Origin: Nemertoderma westbladi
Taxonomy: Eukaryota > Animalia > Xenacoelomorpha
Assembly: GCA_032718475.1 (NCBI GenBank)
Contig: JAUCBJ010001453.1
Coordinates: 1-33,742, forward strand
Direction: 5' to 3'
Length of the DNA: 33,742 bases
In this document: one piece after another, positions 22,397 through 33,742 of the stretch
Numbering within the stretch: position 1 is the stretch's first letter
Layout of the letters: every line of letters starts with the position of its first letter
Translations under genes and position numbers: made by a program
The notes under the pieces: generated by a model
Seen by the model: only the letters and a program-made list of their open reading frames with translations
Database searches by the model: none
Told to the model about the DNA's origin: nothing

Positions 22397-22988
22397 GCTG
22401 GTACAACAACCCTGGTACATAACTGGTACAACAACCCCGGTACATAACTGGTACAACAACCCCGGTACATAACTGGTACAGGTACAACAACCCCGGTACA
22501 TAACTGGTACAACAACCCCGGTACATAACTGGTACAACAACCCCGGTACATAACTGGTACAACAACCCCGGTACATAACTGGTGCAACAACCCCGGTACA
22601 TAACTGGTGCAACAACCCCGGTACATACTGTAACTGGTACAACAACCCCGGTACATAACTGGTACAACAACCCCGGTACATAACTGGTACAACAACCCCG
22701 GTACATAACTGGTACAACAACCCCGGTACATAACTGTTACAACAACCCCGGTACGTACTGTAACTGGTACAACAACCCCGGTACATAACTGGTACAACAA
22801 CCCCGGTTCATAACTGGTACAACAACCCCGGTACGTACTGTAACTGGTACAACAACCCCGGTACATAACTGGTACAACAACCCCGGTACATAACTGGTAC
22901 AACAACCCCGGTACATAACTGGTACAACAACCCCGGTACATAACTGGTACAACAATCCCGGTACATAACTGGTACAACAACCGGTACA
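22397..22988. repeat. 25-bp minisatellite (TAACTGGTACAACAACCCCGGTACA) with 30-bp variants
   Basis: TAACTGG recurs at 22501, 22526, 22551; variant units carry an extra TACTG. Confidence 0.97.
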
Positions 22989-23065
22989 CTGAAAAACACA
23001 GAATAAATTTCAAACTCACCAACTATAATAAAATGCATTCCCTGACAATGATGTAAGCTGTATTC

Positions 23066-23205
23066 TACGGTAGCTGAAAGTGGCTAATTTTTATTTTGAT
23101 CAACATTTTTTTTTAATTCAACCCGGATTCAAATTCAAGAAAAAATATTGATCAAAATAAATATTTAAAAATAGTGAATTATTTTGGCCAATTTCAGCCA
23201 CCGTA
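23066..23205. mobile_element. 140-bp MITE with TA ends (Tc1/mariner-type?)
   Basis: TACGGTAGCTGAAAGTGGCTAA ... TTGGCCAATTTCAGCCACCGTA is a 22-bp imperfect inverted repeat. There is also an inner IR TTTATTTTGATCAA / TTGATCAAAATAAA. Confidence 0.8.
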
Positions 23206-24619
23206 ATGTTAAATCTCACTGGAGTTTAATTTTATCTGTGGCAGTTAACATATAAAATACAACAACATTCAAGATATCAACTGAAAAATAATATGGTGAA
23301 ATAATATGAAATGGATATATGTAAGAGAAAATCACAATTTACGAATAAACATATAATTTTGTTTGAATGCTATGCATGTTGGGCAACCAATGTAGAAAGA
23401 TTAAGAGTAAACAAAGTTGGAAGATAACAGAGGTATTGGTCGCAACAAAGAAGTCAAAAATAAGATAAAGAAGATGAAAATTTACGAATCAGAGTCTACA
23501 CTCCGTCCGTCTGTGGATTAATAAGAAGACTTGAATTATTCTGGAATATTATATTTGGGAAATTATTTAAAGAAATGACACGATATGTCAGTAGCATTGT
23601 TGTATTCATTTGAGTATTAAAGAATCTACATTCGAAATAGTAAGGCGTAGACATCATCATCAAATATTATAGACATCATCCAACGATTCACACTTTTTCT
23701 GACGGTAAAACCATTTCCCAGTAGTAGCAGAGTCTGTGCTGCTGCTATATGACAGCCCATGTTGGGCTCGTATTGGAGAAGACACTAGATCTCTTGAAGG
23801 TAGATAAAACAGTTATGGGTAAAACACGAAACACTGGAGGCAACCGGAAGGCTGCTCTCTCTTGGTGGTTACCGGTATCCATGGCACTACATACCATAAA
23901 AAAACGACGACGTGCACTTATAAACACTGTTTCTGCAGGGGATGCTCGGTTTTTCCAGTGGACTATACTGGGGCTAATAAATAATATGCACATTTAATAA
24001 AGTGATTTTAACCCTGTACCGTCTCTGTGCCGCCTCCTGTCTGGATTATGTCCGACCCAAGAATCTAGTGTCTTCTATAGTCAAAAGAGATCATCAGAAG
24101 AGGATCCATGGTAGCACTAAACCTAGTCAACAAACAGTTAGTTATTAAGATTAGGTATATGCACAATTAAATGGCACGATTTAAAATTGCAGTACAAAAA
24201 TTTCACAAATCCCAACACGCAAAACCCACGCGCCCGCAACTTACTTTATACTAAGACCCCACCCCGTTACAAAAGTATTCCAAAAACATCTTACAGAAAG
24301 GTGACTAGAGTGAATATAATTATGGGTACCAGTATACTGTATACAACGAATTGAATATGGAACAACATGATTGGGTGGAAATCTAGTACAAGTACGACAT
24401 TCTTCCGCGATTCTGTTGTAGAATAAATTTGTTAATTATCTTTAACAAGATAAGACTCAATCCCCACCACATCAGCACATGCAGCACTTTGCTGCAGCAT
24501 CAGTGTGTCTACAGAAAGTAACTAGTAGGGAAATCAACCCGTTGTATGATATGTTACCACCGGCACCGCGATTGACTATACCCATTATAACTACCAATCT
24601 TCTCATTCTGCTGGTACTT

Positions 24620-24767
24620 CTAGGCCAGACTCTCTTGGGGCCGACCACTGGGTGAGCGTTGGACTTTGATGGAGCGCCGTTTAGGAATTCTGATACTCAG
24701 AGTTTTCGTGGGATCTCGACGTGGTGGCATTGGTGACGCGTTAGGGTTGGGAGGTCTGATTAGGAAA
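24620..24767 (-). CDS. KCNT: KCNT/Slo2 sodium-activated K+ channel, terminal coding exon
   Basis: Acceptor TTTATTTAG, phase 2. Encodes (I)FLIRPPNPNASP...QESLA*, continuing the KCNT motif ND(I/V)(V/I)YLIR. Confidence 0.8.
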
Positions 24768-25002
24768 CTAAATAAAATAATAAATGTACGAGGTTACCGG
24801 TATATTTCCGGGTCCTTTTTGTACGTGAGTCGTACGAACAGGAAGATTGAGAACGGGGTAGGGTGGGTCTGGATATTAATTCGTTTAATATTATATGCGG
24901 CTTACAAACGGTACTATTTTTAATTACCGGTACTCTCCTCATCAATAACTTAATAAACAGCGGAGATAATAATTTAACAAATATACACCGGTAGTAACTC
25001 AC

Positions 25003-25087
25003 ATTACGTCGTTTAACTCCAGTTTGAGGTCGTAATCCGGGTTGAGCATTATGTAGGACAAAGTATTTCGTTTCTCGCAAACTTCTT
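25003..25087 (-). CDS. KCNT: KCNT/Slo2 penultimate exon
   Basis: Acceptor TTTTCTTTATAG, donor GTGAGT, 85 nt. Encodes EVCEKRNTLSYIMLNPDYDLKLELNDV, matching the KCNT1/2 C-terminal NTLSYVLINP..D..LE..D motif. Confidence 0.88.
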
Positions 25088-25177
25088 CTATAAAGAAAAT
25101 GAAGAAAATGCACAATTATATAATAATATACGAGATAGGGCATATCAATGTTCCGAAATATTCACAGGATATCGTTA

Positions 25178-26231
25178 CCAATAGATTGTTCCCAATAGAT
25201 TGTTCCCAATAGATTGTTCCCAAAGATTGTTCCCAATAGATTGTACCCAAGACATTGTTCCCAATAGATTGTTCACAATAGATTGTTCCCAATAGATTGT
25301 ACCCAAGACATTGTTCCCAATAGATTGTTCACAATAGATTGTTCCCAATAGATTGTACCCAAGACATTGTTCCCTATAGATTGTTCCCAATAGATTGTTC
25401 CCAATCGATTGTTCCCAATAGATTGTTCCCAATATATTGTCCCAAATAGATTGTTCTCAATAGATTGTACCCAATAGATTGTTCCCAATACATTGTTCCC
25501 AATATATTGTTCCCAATAGATTGTTCCCAATATATTGTTCCCAATATATTGTCCCAAATAGATTGTTCCCAATAGATTGTTCCCAATAGATTGTTCCCAA
25601 TATATTGTTCCCAATAGATTGTTCCCAATAGATTGTTCCCAATAGATTGTACCCAATATATTGTTCCCAATAGATTGTTCCCAATAGATTGTTCCCAATA
25701 GATTGTTCCCAATAGATTGTTCCCAATAGATTGTACCCAATATATTGTTCCCAATAGATTGTTCCCAATAGATTGTTCCCAATAGATTGTTCCCAATAGA
25801 TTGTACCCAATATATTGTTCCCAATAGATTGTTCCCAATAGATTGTTCCCAATAGATTGTTCCCAATATATTGTTCCCAATAGATTGTTCCCAATAGATT
25901 GTTCCCAATATATTGTTCCCAATAGATTGTTCCCAATAGATTGTTCCCAATATATTGTTCCCAATAGATTGTTCCCAATAGATTGTTCCCAATAGATTGT
26001 TCCCAATATATTGTTCCCAATAGATTGTTCCCAATATATTGTTCCGAATAGATTGTTCCCAATAGATTGTTCCGAATAGATTGTTCCCAATAGATTGTTC
26101 CCAATAGATTGTTCCCAATAGATTGTTCCCAATAGATTGTACGCAATATATTGTTCCCAATAGATTGTTCCCAATATATTGTTCCCAATAGATTGTTCCG
26201 AATAGATTGTTCCCAATAGATTGTTCCCAAC
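25178..26231. repeat. 14-bp minisatellite (CCCAATAGATTGTT), intronic
   Basis: 14-bp period, about 75 units. It fills most of the KCNT intron 25088-26384. Confidence 0.97.
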
Positions 26232-26384
26232 ACATATGACCGTGTTTTCGGTACAACCCTCCCCGATTGGACCCACGATGTTCTCGATATAATGCGCTCA
26301 ATGATCGGGAATACCTGCGGATAAACTTTAGTACTCGATATTATTTTTTTTACTCAACTAATTAGTCTATAATTGAAGACGTAC

Positions 26385-26523
26385 CGTAATCGATATCTCT
26401 CATTCCCAGACACCGCATCCGCATTTTAACGCTGTTGTTGAGGTCTTCTCGTTCCGCCGTTATATTAGCCAATATGCAGGAATCGCTGCTGCTGTCCAAT
26501 GATACATCGTCACATAAGTTGGG
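26385..26523 (-). CDS. KCNT: KCNT/Slo2 antepenultimate exon
   Basis: Acceptor TTTATTTTAG, donor GTACGT, 139 nt. Encodes PNLCDD...AEREDLNNSVKMRMRCLGMRDIDY (compare KCNT SERQELSELVKNRMKHLGL). Phases join in frame with the next two exons. Confidence 0.85.
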
Positions 26524-26750
26524 CTAAAATAAATGACAGAATATTTAAGAAACATTATCGTTTTTATCAAAGTATGTATTTTTTGCTGCCAGTTTGATTG
26601 GCTGGGTTTTGATACGTTATTGTCAAATTTATTTCGTTTCAATAAAAACGTGATGAAAAAAATTGTCAAAACGCAAAAAAGGGCACTAAAATAAGGATCA
26701 ATGAAAAATGGTTATTTAATGGATGCGATTAGCAAGAGTGGTTAATTCAT

Positions 26751-26930
26751 TGTCAATGTCAATGTCAATGTCAATGTCAATGTCAATGTCAATGTCAATG
26801 TCAATGTCAATGTCAATGTCAATGTCAATGTCAATGCCAATGTCAATGCCAATGTCAATGTCAATGTCAATGTCAATGTCAATGTCAATGTCAATGTCAA
26901 TGTCAATGTCAATGTCAATGTCAATGTCAA
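26751..26930. repeat. (TGTCAA)30 microsatellite
   Basis: Direct hexamer repeat with two TGCCAA variants. Confidence 0.98.
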
Positions 26931-27026
26931 TGGTCATGGTATTTGTTTTTCACTTAATTCTTAATTTTATGCCATAAAATTGTAATTGGCCCATGTGAAG
27001 TACCAAACTTTGATGTTATATTTCAG

Positions 27027-27208
27027 ATTTGTACTATCTTATAACCTGTGTAGATACTAATTTGTTGATTGTTTTGGTTATAGATTCACCCCAAGTGAAA
27101 ACCTGGTATTCTTTACAACAGAAGAATACCAGGTTTTCACTTGGGGTAAATCTATAACCAAAACAATCAACAAATTAGTATCTACACAGGTTGTAAGATA
27201 GTACAAAT
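27027..27208. repeat. Near-perfect palindrome, 87-bp arms, 8-nt spacer
   Basis: 27027-27113 is the reverse complement of 27122-27208 with 2 mismatches. Confidence 0.95.
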
Positions 27209-27586
27209 TCTTCATATATACAATTACAATAAAATTTCGACCGCAATTCTTCAATTCGCAATTCTAAAAACCTGCAAATTCTTCACGGACATGTGCGGCA
27301 TTATCTCCCCGCTTATCGCAGCATTTAGTATTATTTCATCATCATCTCCCATTTATCACCGTCACCCACAATATCACTATAATAGCAATGACGCACGTTT
27401 CCTTCTATATTATTCCTTCCAACCAATAAGCTAGGAGATAACTAATTGGTGTTTGTAATGCCATCCATTCTACAGTTCGTAGAAAATAATTCCTTCCAAT
27501 TCCATTCAACCAATAGCAGTTAGGCTTTATTGTAAGCCAAAACAATTCTAGCTCATTCATTGGATAAAATTATACTATGCCGTAAT

Positions 27587-27654
27587 GGAAGTTCCAGATT
27601 GTTCTAAGTTGTGATTCTCGAAAGTTCGAGATCTGGATAGAGAACTATATATAA
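27587..27654 (+). promoter_or_regulatory. hsp70 promoter: heat-shock elements and TATA box
   Basis: Perfect HSE aTTCtcGAAagTTCg (27614-27628); imperfect GGAagTTCcaGATtgTTC (27587-27604); TATATATAA (27646-27654); CCAAT boxes near 27423 and 27510. Confidence 0.85.
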
Positions 27655-27853
27655 CCCCTTCCTATTGTGAGTTTTCATAACAAATTTTAAAATAATTATC
27701 GATACAATTAAATTTCTTAAATTAATAGAGAAAAAACTTTCACTTTATCTTTAACTAAATCTAAAAATATTGTATTTGTGTATATAATTTGATAAATAGT
27801 GTTTGGATACCTTGACTTAGAATCAGTTAATATACTACAAACAGAAGATAACA

Positions 27854-29809
27854 ATGTCTAAAGCTCCGACGATTGGTATCGATCTTGGGACGACCTACTC
27901 CTGTGTTGGCGTCTTCCAGCACGGTAAAGTCGAAATAATTGCCAACGACCAGGGCAATAGAACTACGCCATCTTACGTCGCTTTCACTGACTCAGAACGA
28001 TTAATTGGCGACGCCGCGAAAAACCAAGTGGCTCTAAACCCAAGTAATACAGTATTTGATGCAAAGCGTTTGATTGGTCGACGATTCGATGATCGAACTG
28101 TACAAAGTGATATCAGATTGTGGCCTTTCAAAGTTATTTCGGATGGCGAAAAACCAAAGATTCAAGTGGAATACAAAGGCGAAATGAAATCTTTCTTCGC
28201 CGAAGAAATCAGTTCTATGATTTTAACTAAAATGAAAGAAACGGCAGAGGCTTATCTTGGCAAAACAGTTAAAGACGCTGTTATTACTGTTCCCGCTTAT
28301 TTCAATGATAGTCAACGACAGGCTACTAAAGATGCTGGAGCTATAGCTGGCCTCAATGTTCTAAGAATTATAAACGAACCAACAGCTGCGGCTATTGCCT
28401 ACGGGTTAAACAAGACAACCCAGCAGGAGAAAAACGTCTTAATATTTGACCTTGGAGGCGGCACCTTTGATGTTTCCACACTATCCATAGACGGCGGAAT
28501 ATTTGAGGTGAAGTCAACCGCCGGGGACACCCATTTGGGGGGAGAGGACTTCGACAACCGTCTTGTTAATCATTTAATTCAGGAGTTCAAAAGGAAACAC
28601 AAGAAAGACATAAGTTTTAACAAGCGATCCGTACGACGACTGGGGACGGCTTGCGAACGAGCTAAGCGAACACTGTCCTCGAGCACGCAGGCTTCCATTG
28701 AGATCGATTCGCTGTTCGAAGGGATCGACTTCTATTCGTCGGTTTCGCGAGCGCGGTTCGAGGAACTTTGCGCTGATCTATTCCGTGACACGCTGATACC
28801 CGTAGAGAAGGCGTTACGCGATGCTAAGTTCGACAAGAGCGACATCCACGATGTGGTTCTTGTCGGTGGGTCCACTCGTATTCCCAAGATCCAGAAGCTG
28901 TTACGCGACTTCTTCAACGGTAAAGATCTATGTAAGTCCATCAACCCAGATGAGGCTGTGGCCTATGGGGCTGCCGTTCAAGGAGCTATTCTATCCAATG
29001 ATAATTCAACCGAAATTAAAGATGTTCTCCTATTGGATGTGGCTCCACTTTCTTTGGGTATTGAGACTGCCGGGGGAATTATGACAGCAATAATTGACAG
29101 AAACACAACCGTCCCAAAGAAAGTGACGAAAACCTTATCTACCTACTCCGACAATCAGCCTGGAGTTCTCATTCAAGTATTTGAGGGGGAAAGAAAAATG
29201 ACTAAGGATAATAACCTACTTGGGGAGTTCCAGTTGTCTGGAATAGCTCCGGCTCCACGAGGGGTACCTCAGATTGATGTTACATTCGATATCGACGCCA
29301 ATGGAATCCTCAATGTTACTGCAGCTGATAAATCGACAGGTAAGGAGAATAAAATTACAATAACCAACGATAAGGGACGTCTTAGTAACGCTGACATTGA
29401 GAGGATGGTCGATGAAGCCGAACACTTTAAGGCAGACGATGAGGCTCAAGCTGAAAGAATTCAATCGAAAAACGGACTTGAATCATTTGTTTACCACGTA
29501 AAGCAAACAGTAGAAGATAATCAAGTTAAAGATAAAATATCGCAGAAGAATAAGAAGATTGTGTTAGATAAATGCGAGGAGACCATACAATGGCTTAATT
29601 CAAATCAATCGGCAGAGAAAGACGAGTTTGTTTACCATCAGAAAGAATTGGAGAAAATCTCCCATCCGATAATATCTCGGCTGTATCAGAATGGATGCGG
29701 TGGTGCAGGAGAACCAGCTAATGGCATGTCTGGCGGAGACGACCCTCGGACTTCGGGGAATCCTGGTGCTTCAACAACAAATGGACCAACTATAGAAGAA
29801 GTTGACTGA
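27854..29809 (+). CDS. hsp70: Cytosolic heat-inducible HSP70, intronless
   Basis: [34 protein letters not shown] and RARFEEL signatures; C-terminal GPTIEEVD; no introns; no GGMP repeats; upstream HSE. AATAAA at ~30021. Confidence 0.97.
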   Translation: MSKAPTIGIDLGTTYSCVGVFQHGKVEIIANDQGNRTTPSYVAFTDSERLIGDAAKNQVALNPSNTVFDAKRLIGRRFDDRTVQSDIRLWPFKVISDGEKPKIQVEYKGEMKSFFAEEISSMILTKMKETAEAYLGKTVKDAVITVPAYFNDSQRQATKDAGAIAGLNVLRIINEPTAAAIAYGLNKTTQQEKNVLIFDLGGGTFDVSTLSIDGGIFEVKSTAGDTHLGGEDFDNRLVNHLIQEFKRKHKKDISFNKRSVRRLGTACERAKRTLSSSTQASIEIDSLFEGIDFYSSVSRARFEELCADLFRDTLIPVEKALRDAKFDKSDIHDVVLVGGSTRIPKIQKLLRDFFNGKDLCKSINPDEAVAYGAAVQGAILSNDNSTEIKDVLLLDVAPLSLGIETAGGIMTAIIDRNTTVPKKVTKTLSTYSDNQPGVLIQVFEGERKMTKDNNLLGEFQLSGIAPAPRGVPQIDVTFDIDANGILNVTAADKSTGKENKITITNDKGRLSNADIERMVDEAEHFKADDEAQAERIQSKNGLESFVYHVKQTVEDNQVKDKISQKNKKIVLDKCEETIQWLNSNQSAEKDEFVYHQKELEKISHPIISRLYQNGCGGAGEPANGMSGGDDPRTSGNPGASTTNGPTIEEVD

Positions 29810-30139
29810 ACTGAGAGAAAACACGAAAGGAACTGCCCGTCCTGATCTGGGAATTAAACTTTTACTTTAAACTGATCATTTAAACATCTACTAAATATTT
29901 TATTTACTTTTTAGATTAGTGTTGTTTGGAACAATTTGCAATTTATATTTTATTTTGTAATTTGTAATTTTATTTTGCCTACGATATGGCACTGAGTTAC
30001 TGTAAAATGATCTGTAATTAAATAAAAGAAATTGTATAAACTAAGATCATTATTATTTGGGTAGGCCTATTCCTTGAGGGGGTTGGGTGGCTGTTCGGTA
30101 CACCCTTGTGGGGGTTGGGGGCTGTTCGGTACACCCTCA

Positions 30140-30430
30140 ATGGTTGGAAGGCCCACTTTGAAAAGCTCCTCAATAATGACAGGGTATTGCCTGATAACTT
30201 TATAGAAGTAAAAGTGTCTGAGTCTGTACTCCCAGATATTCCCATTGGCGATATCTTCTTTGCAAAAGTGAAGGCTACTGCAAAGAGCATTAAGACCAAT
30301 CGTGCCAGTGGAGTAGATGGTGTTCCCCCTGAGGTCTTTAAAATACCTGAGTGTTTAAAGCTCATCTATCCCATCATAGTAGACATGTACCGAACAACAA
30401 GAGTCCCACAAGAAATGAAAACAAAGTTGT
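30140..30430 (+). pseudogene. Fragment of a second RTE-like LINE (RT N-terminal region)
   Basis: WKAHFEKLLN..KSIKTNRASGVDGVPPEVFK aligns with WKNHFSNLLG..KSMSNNKESGLDEIPAEVWK of the first LINE. It runs directly into the satellite. Confidence 0.8.
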
Positions 30431-33400
30431 TTGTTCTCGGATCTGGCTACTCACCTTGGACAAGGTCGGTACTTGATTTTTGTCCTCGGATCTGGCTACT
30501 CACCTTGGACACGGTTCGCATTTGATTTTTGTCCTCTGATCTAGCTATTCACCTTTGACACGGTTCGTACTTGATTTTTGTTCTCGGATCTGGATACCCA
30601 CCTCGGACACGGTTGGTACTTGATTTTTGACTTAGATCTGGCTACTCACCTTGGGCACGGTTTGTACTTGATTTATTTTTGTCCTCGGATTTGGCTACTC
30701 ACCTTGGGCACGGTTTGTACTTGATTTATTTTTGTCCTCGGATCTGGCTACTCACCTTGGACACGGTTCGTACTTGATTTCTGTCCTCGGATCTGGCTAC
30801 TCACCTTGGACACGGTTCGTACTTGATTTCTGTCCTCGGATCTGGCTACTCACCTTGGACACGGTTCGTACTTGATTTCTGTCCTCGGATCTGGCTACTC
30901 ACCTTGGGCACGGTTTGTACTTGATTTATTTTTGTCCTCGGATTTGGCTACTCACCTTGGGCACGGTTTGTACTTGATTTATTTTTGTCCTCGGATTTGG
31001 CTACTCACCTTGGACACGGTTCGTACTTGATTTCTGTCCTCGGATCTGGCTACTCACCTTGGGCACGGTTTGTACTTGATTTATTTTTGTCCTCGGATTT
31101 GGCTACTCACCTTGGGCACGGTTTGTACTTGATTTATTTTTGTCCTCGGATTTGGCTACTCACCTTGGGCACGGTTTGTACTTGATTTATTTTTGTCCTC
31201 GGATCTGGCTACTCACCTTGGGCACGGTTTGTACTTGATTTATTTTTGTCCTCGGATTTGGCTACTCACCTTGGGCACGGTTTGTACTTGATTTATTTTT
31301 GTCCTCGGATCTGGCTACTCACCTTGGACACGGTTGGTACTTGATTTTTGTCCTCGGATCTGGCTACTCACCTTGGGCACGGTTTGTACTTGATTTATTT
31401 TTGTCCTCGGATCTGGCTACTCACCTTGGACACGGTTCGTACTTGATTTCTGTCCTCGGATCTGGCTACTCACCTTGGACACGGTTGGTACTTGATTTTT
31501 GTCCTCGGATCTGGCTACTCACCTTGGACACGGTTCGTACTTGATTTCTGTCCTCGGATCTGGCTACTCACCTTGGACACGGTTCGTACTTGATTTATTT
31601 TTGTCCTCGGATCTGGCTACTCACCTTGGACACGGTTGGTACTTGATTTTTGTCCTCGGATCTGGCTACTCACCTTGGACACGGTTCGTACTTGATTTCT
31701 GTCCTCGGATCTGGCTACTCACCTTGGGCACGGTTTGTACTTGATTTATTTTTGTCCTCGGATTTGGCTACTCACCTTGGGCACGGTTTGTACTTGATTT
31801 ATTTTTGTCCTCGGATCTGGCTACTCACCTTGGGCACGGTTTGTACTTGATTTATTTTTGTTCTCGGATCTGGATACCCACCTCGGACACGGTTGGTACT
31901 TGATTTTTGTCCTCGGATCTGGCTACTCACCTTGGACACGGTTCGTACTTGATTTCTGTCCTCGGATCTGGCTACTCACCTTGGACACGGTTCGTACTTG
32001 ATTTATTTTTGTCCTCGGATCTGGCTACTCACCTTGGACACGGTTGGTACTTGATTTTTGTCCTCGGATCTGGCTACTCATCGACGTTGGACACGGTTCG
32101 TACTTGATTTCTGTCCTCGGATCTGGCTACTCACCTTGGACACGGTTCGTACTTGATTTCTGTCCTCGGATCTGGCTACTCACCTCGGACACGGTTGGTA
32201 CTTGATTTTTGTCCTCGGATCTGGCTACTCACCTTGGACACGGTTCGTACTTGATTTCTGTCCTCGGATCTGGCTACTCACCTTGGACACGGTTCGTACT
32301 TGATTTATTTTTGTCCTCGGATCTGGCTACTCACCTTGGACACGGTTGGTACTTGATTTTTGTCCTCGGATCTGACTACTCATCGACGTTGGACACGGTT
32401 CGTACTTGATTTCTGTCCTCGGATCTGGCTACTCACCTTAGACACGGTTCGTACTTGATTTCTGTCCTCGGATCTGGCTACTCACCTTGGGCACGGTTTG
32501 TACTTGATTTATTTTTGTCCTCGGATCTGGCTACTCACCTTGGACACGGTTCGTACTTGATTTCTGTCCTCGGATCTGGCTACTCACCTTGGGCACGGTT
32601 TGTACTTGATTTATTTTTGTCCTCGGATTTGGCTACTCACCTTGGACACGGTTTGTACTTGATTTATTTTTCTCCGCGGATCTGGCTACTCACCTTGGAC
32701 ACGGTTCGTACTTGATTTCTGTCCTCGGATCTGGCTACTCACCTTGGACACGGTTCGTACTTGATTTCTGTCCTCGGATCTGGCTACTCACCTTGGACAC
32801 GGTTTGTACTTGATTTATTTTTGTCCTCGGATCTGGCTACTCACCTTGGACACGGTTCGTACTTGATTTCTGTCCTCGGATCTGGCTACTCACCTTGGAC
32901 ACGGTTCGTACTTGATTTCTGTCCTCGGATCTGGCTACTCACCTTGGACACGGTTCGTACTTGATTTCTGTCCTCGGATCTGGCTACTCACCTTGGACAC
33001 GGTTTGTACTTGATTTATTTTTGTCCTCGGATCTGGCTACTCACCTTGGACACGGTTCGTACTTGATTTCTGTCCTCGGATCTGGCTACTCACCTTGGAC
33101 ACGGTTCGTACTTGATTTCTGTCCTCGGATCTGGCTACTCACCTTTGGCACGGTTTGTACTTGATTTATTTTTGTCCTCGGATTTGGCTACTCACCTTGG
33201 GCACGGTTCGTACTTGATTTCTGTCCTCGGATCTGGCTACTCACCTTTGGCACGGTTTGTACTTGATTTATTTTTGTCCTCGGATCTGGCTACTCACCTT
33301 GGACACGGTTCGTACTTGATTTCTGTCCTCGGATCTGGCTACTCACCTTGGACACGGTTCGTACTTGATTTCTGTCCTCGGATCTGGCTACTCACCTTGG

Positions 33401-33742
33401 ACACGGTTCGTACTTGATTTTTGTAACGGATCTGGCTACTCACCTTAGATATGGTTCGTACTTGATTCTTCTCCGCGGATCTGGCTACTCACCTTAGACA
33501 CGGTTCGTACTTGATTTTTGTCCTCGGATCTGGCTACTCACCTTTGGCACGGTTCGTACTTGATTTTTGTACTCGGATCTGGCTACTCACCTTGGACACG
33601 GTTCGTACTTGATTTCTTGTCCTCGGATCTGGCTACTCACCTTGGACACGGTTCGTACTTGATTTTTGTAACGGATCTGGCTACTCACCTTAGATATGGT
33701 TCGTACTTGATTTTTGTCCCGGATCTGGCTACTCACCTTAGA
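30431..33742. repeat. 49/53-bp satellite (GTCCTCGGATCTGGCTACTCACCTTGGACACGGTTCGTACTTGATTTCT), runs off the window
   Basis: Periods of 49 (30783 to 30832) and 53 (30681 to 30734); roughly 65 units. Confidence 0.98.

Noticed and set aside
22282-23038. Cys/Tyr-rich ORFs (MYRGCCTSYVPG...)
   Set aside because: Translations of the 25-bp minisatellite; the same peptide appears in all frames.
24798-24868. Possible extra KCNT exon (CAG|ACCCACC...CG|GTAACC)
   Set aside because: It would leave an implausibly short intron and would break the NDVI-FLIR motif.
25175-26301. Long GNNLLGTIYWEQSI repeat ORFs
   Set aside because: A 14-bp satellite lacking stop codons on the - strand; it lies in a KCNT intron.
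26716-26977. (ID)n, (MS)n and (TL)n ORFs
   Set aside because: Hexamer microsatellite artefacts.
30985-33417. Repeated short ORFs; possible CRISPR array
   Set aside because: Tandem satellite with no unique spacers and no cas genes, in a eukaryotic context.

Overview
This is an AT-rich, repeat-dense animal (probably invertebrate) genomic window, not a prokaryotic one. In order, it holds: (1) a 5'-truncated RTE-type LINE (293-1905, -) with a (TAG)5 tail; (2) two pairs of duplicated non-coding blocks with compensatory base-pairing (about 3250-3620/4490-4890 and 5719-5860/5901-6040); (3) a BEL/Pao LTR-retroelement derivative (-) whose open 1337-codon ORF keeps Gag (3 zinc knuckles) and protease but lacks RT, most of RNase H and integrase. 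It has a repeat-rich leader, a 5' LTR at 12880-14100, no tRNA-type PBS and no matching 3' LTR. (4) A related solo LTR (17537-18662, 5-bp TSD GCTCT) inserted in a 28-bp satellite; comparing the two LTRs shows a covarying, possibly pseudoknotted R/U5 structure. (5) A single-exon four-TM (CD20/MS4A-like) ORF. (6) The last three exons of a KCNT/Slo2 potassium channel gene (-), which the ORF track misses. (7) An intronless, HSE-driven hsp70 (+), apparently nested antisense in the KCNT intron, with an 87-bp-arm palindrome upstream. (8) Several satellites (28, 25, 14, 6 and 49/53 bp). The best candidate for a novel system is the RT-less Gag-protease BEL element with its set of structured RNA modules and possible tRNA-independent (self-)priming. 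All alignments and folds were done by eye and need computational confirmation.
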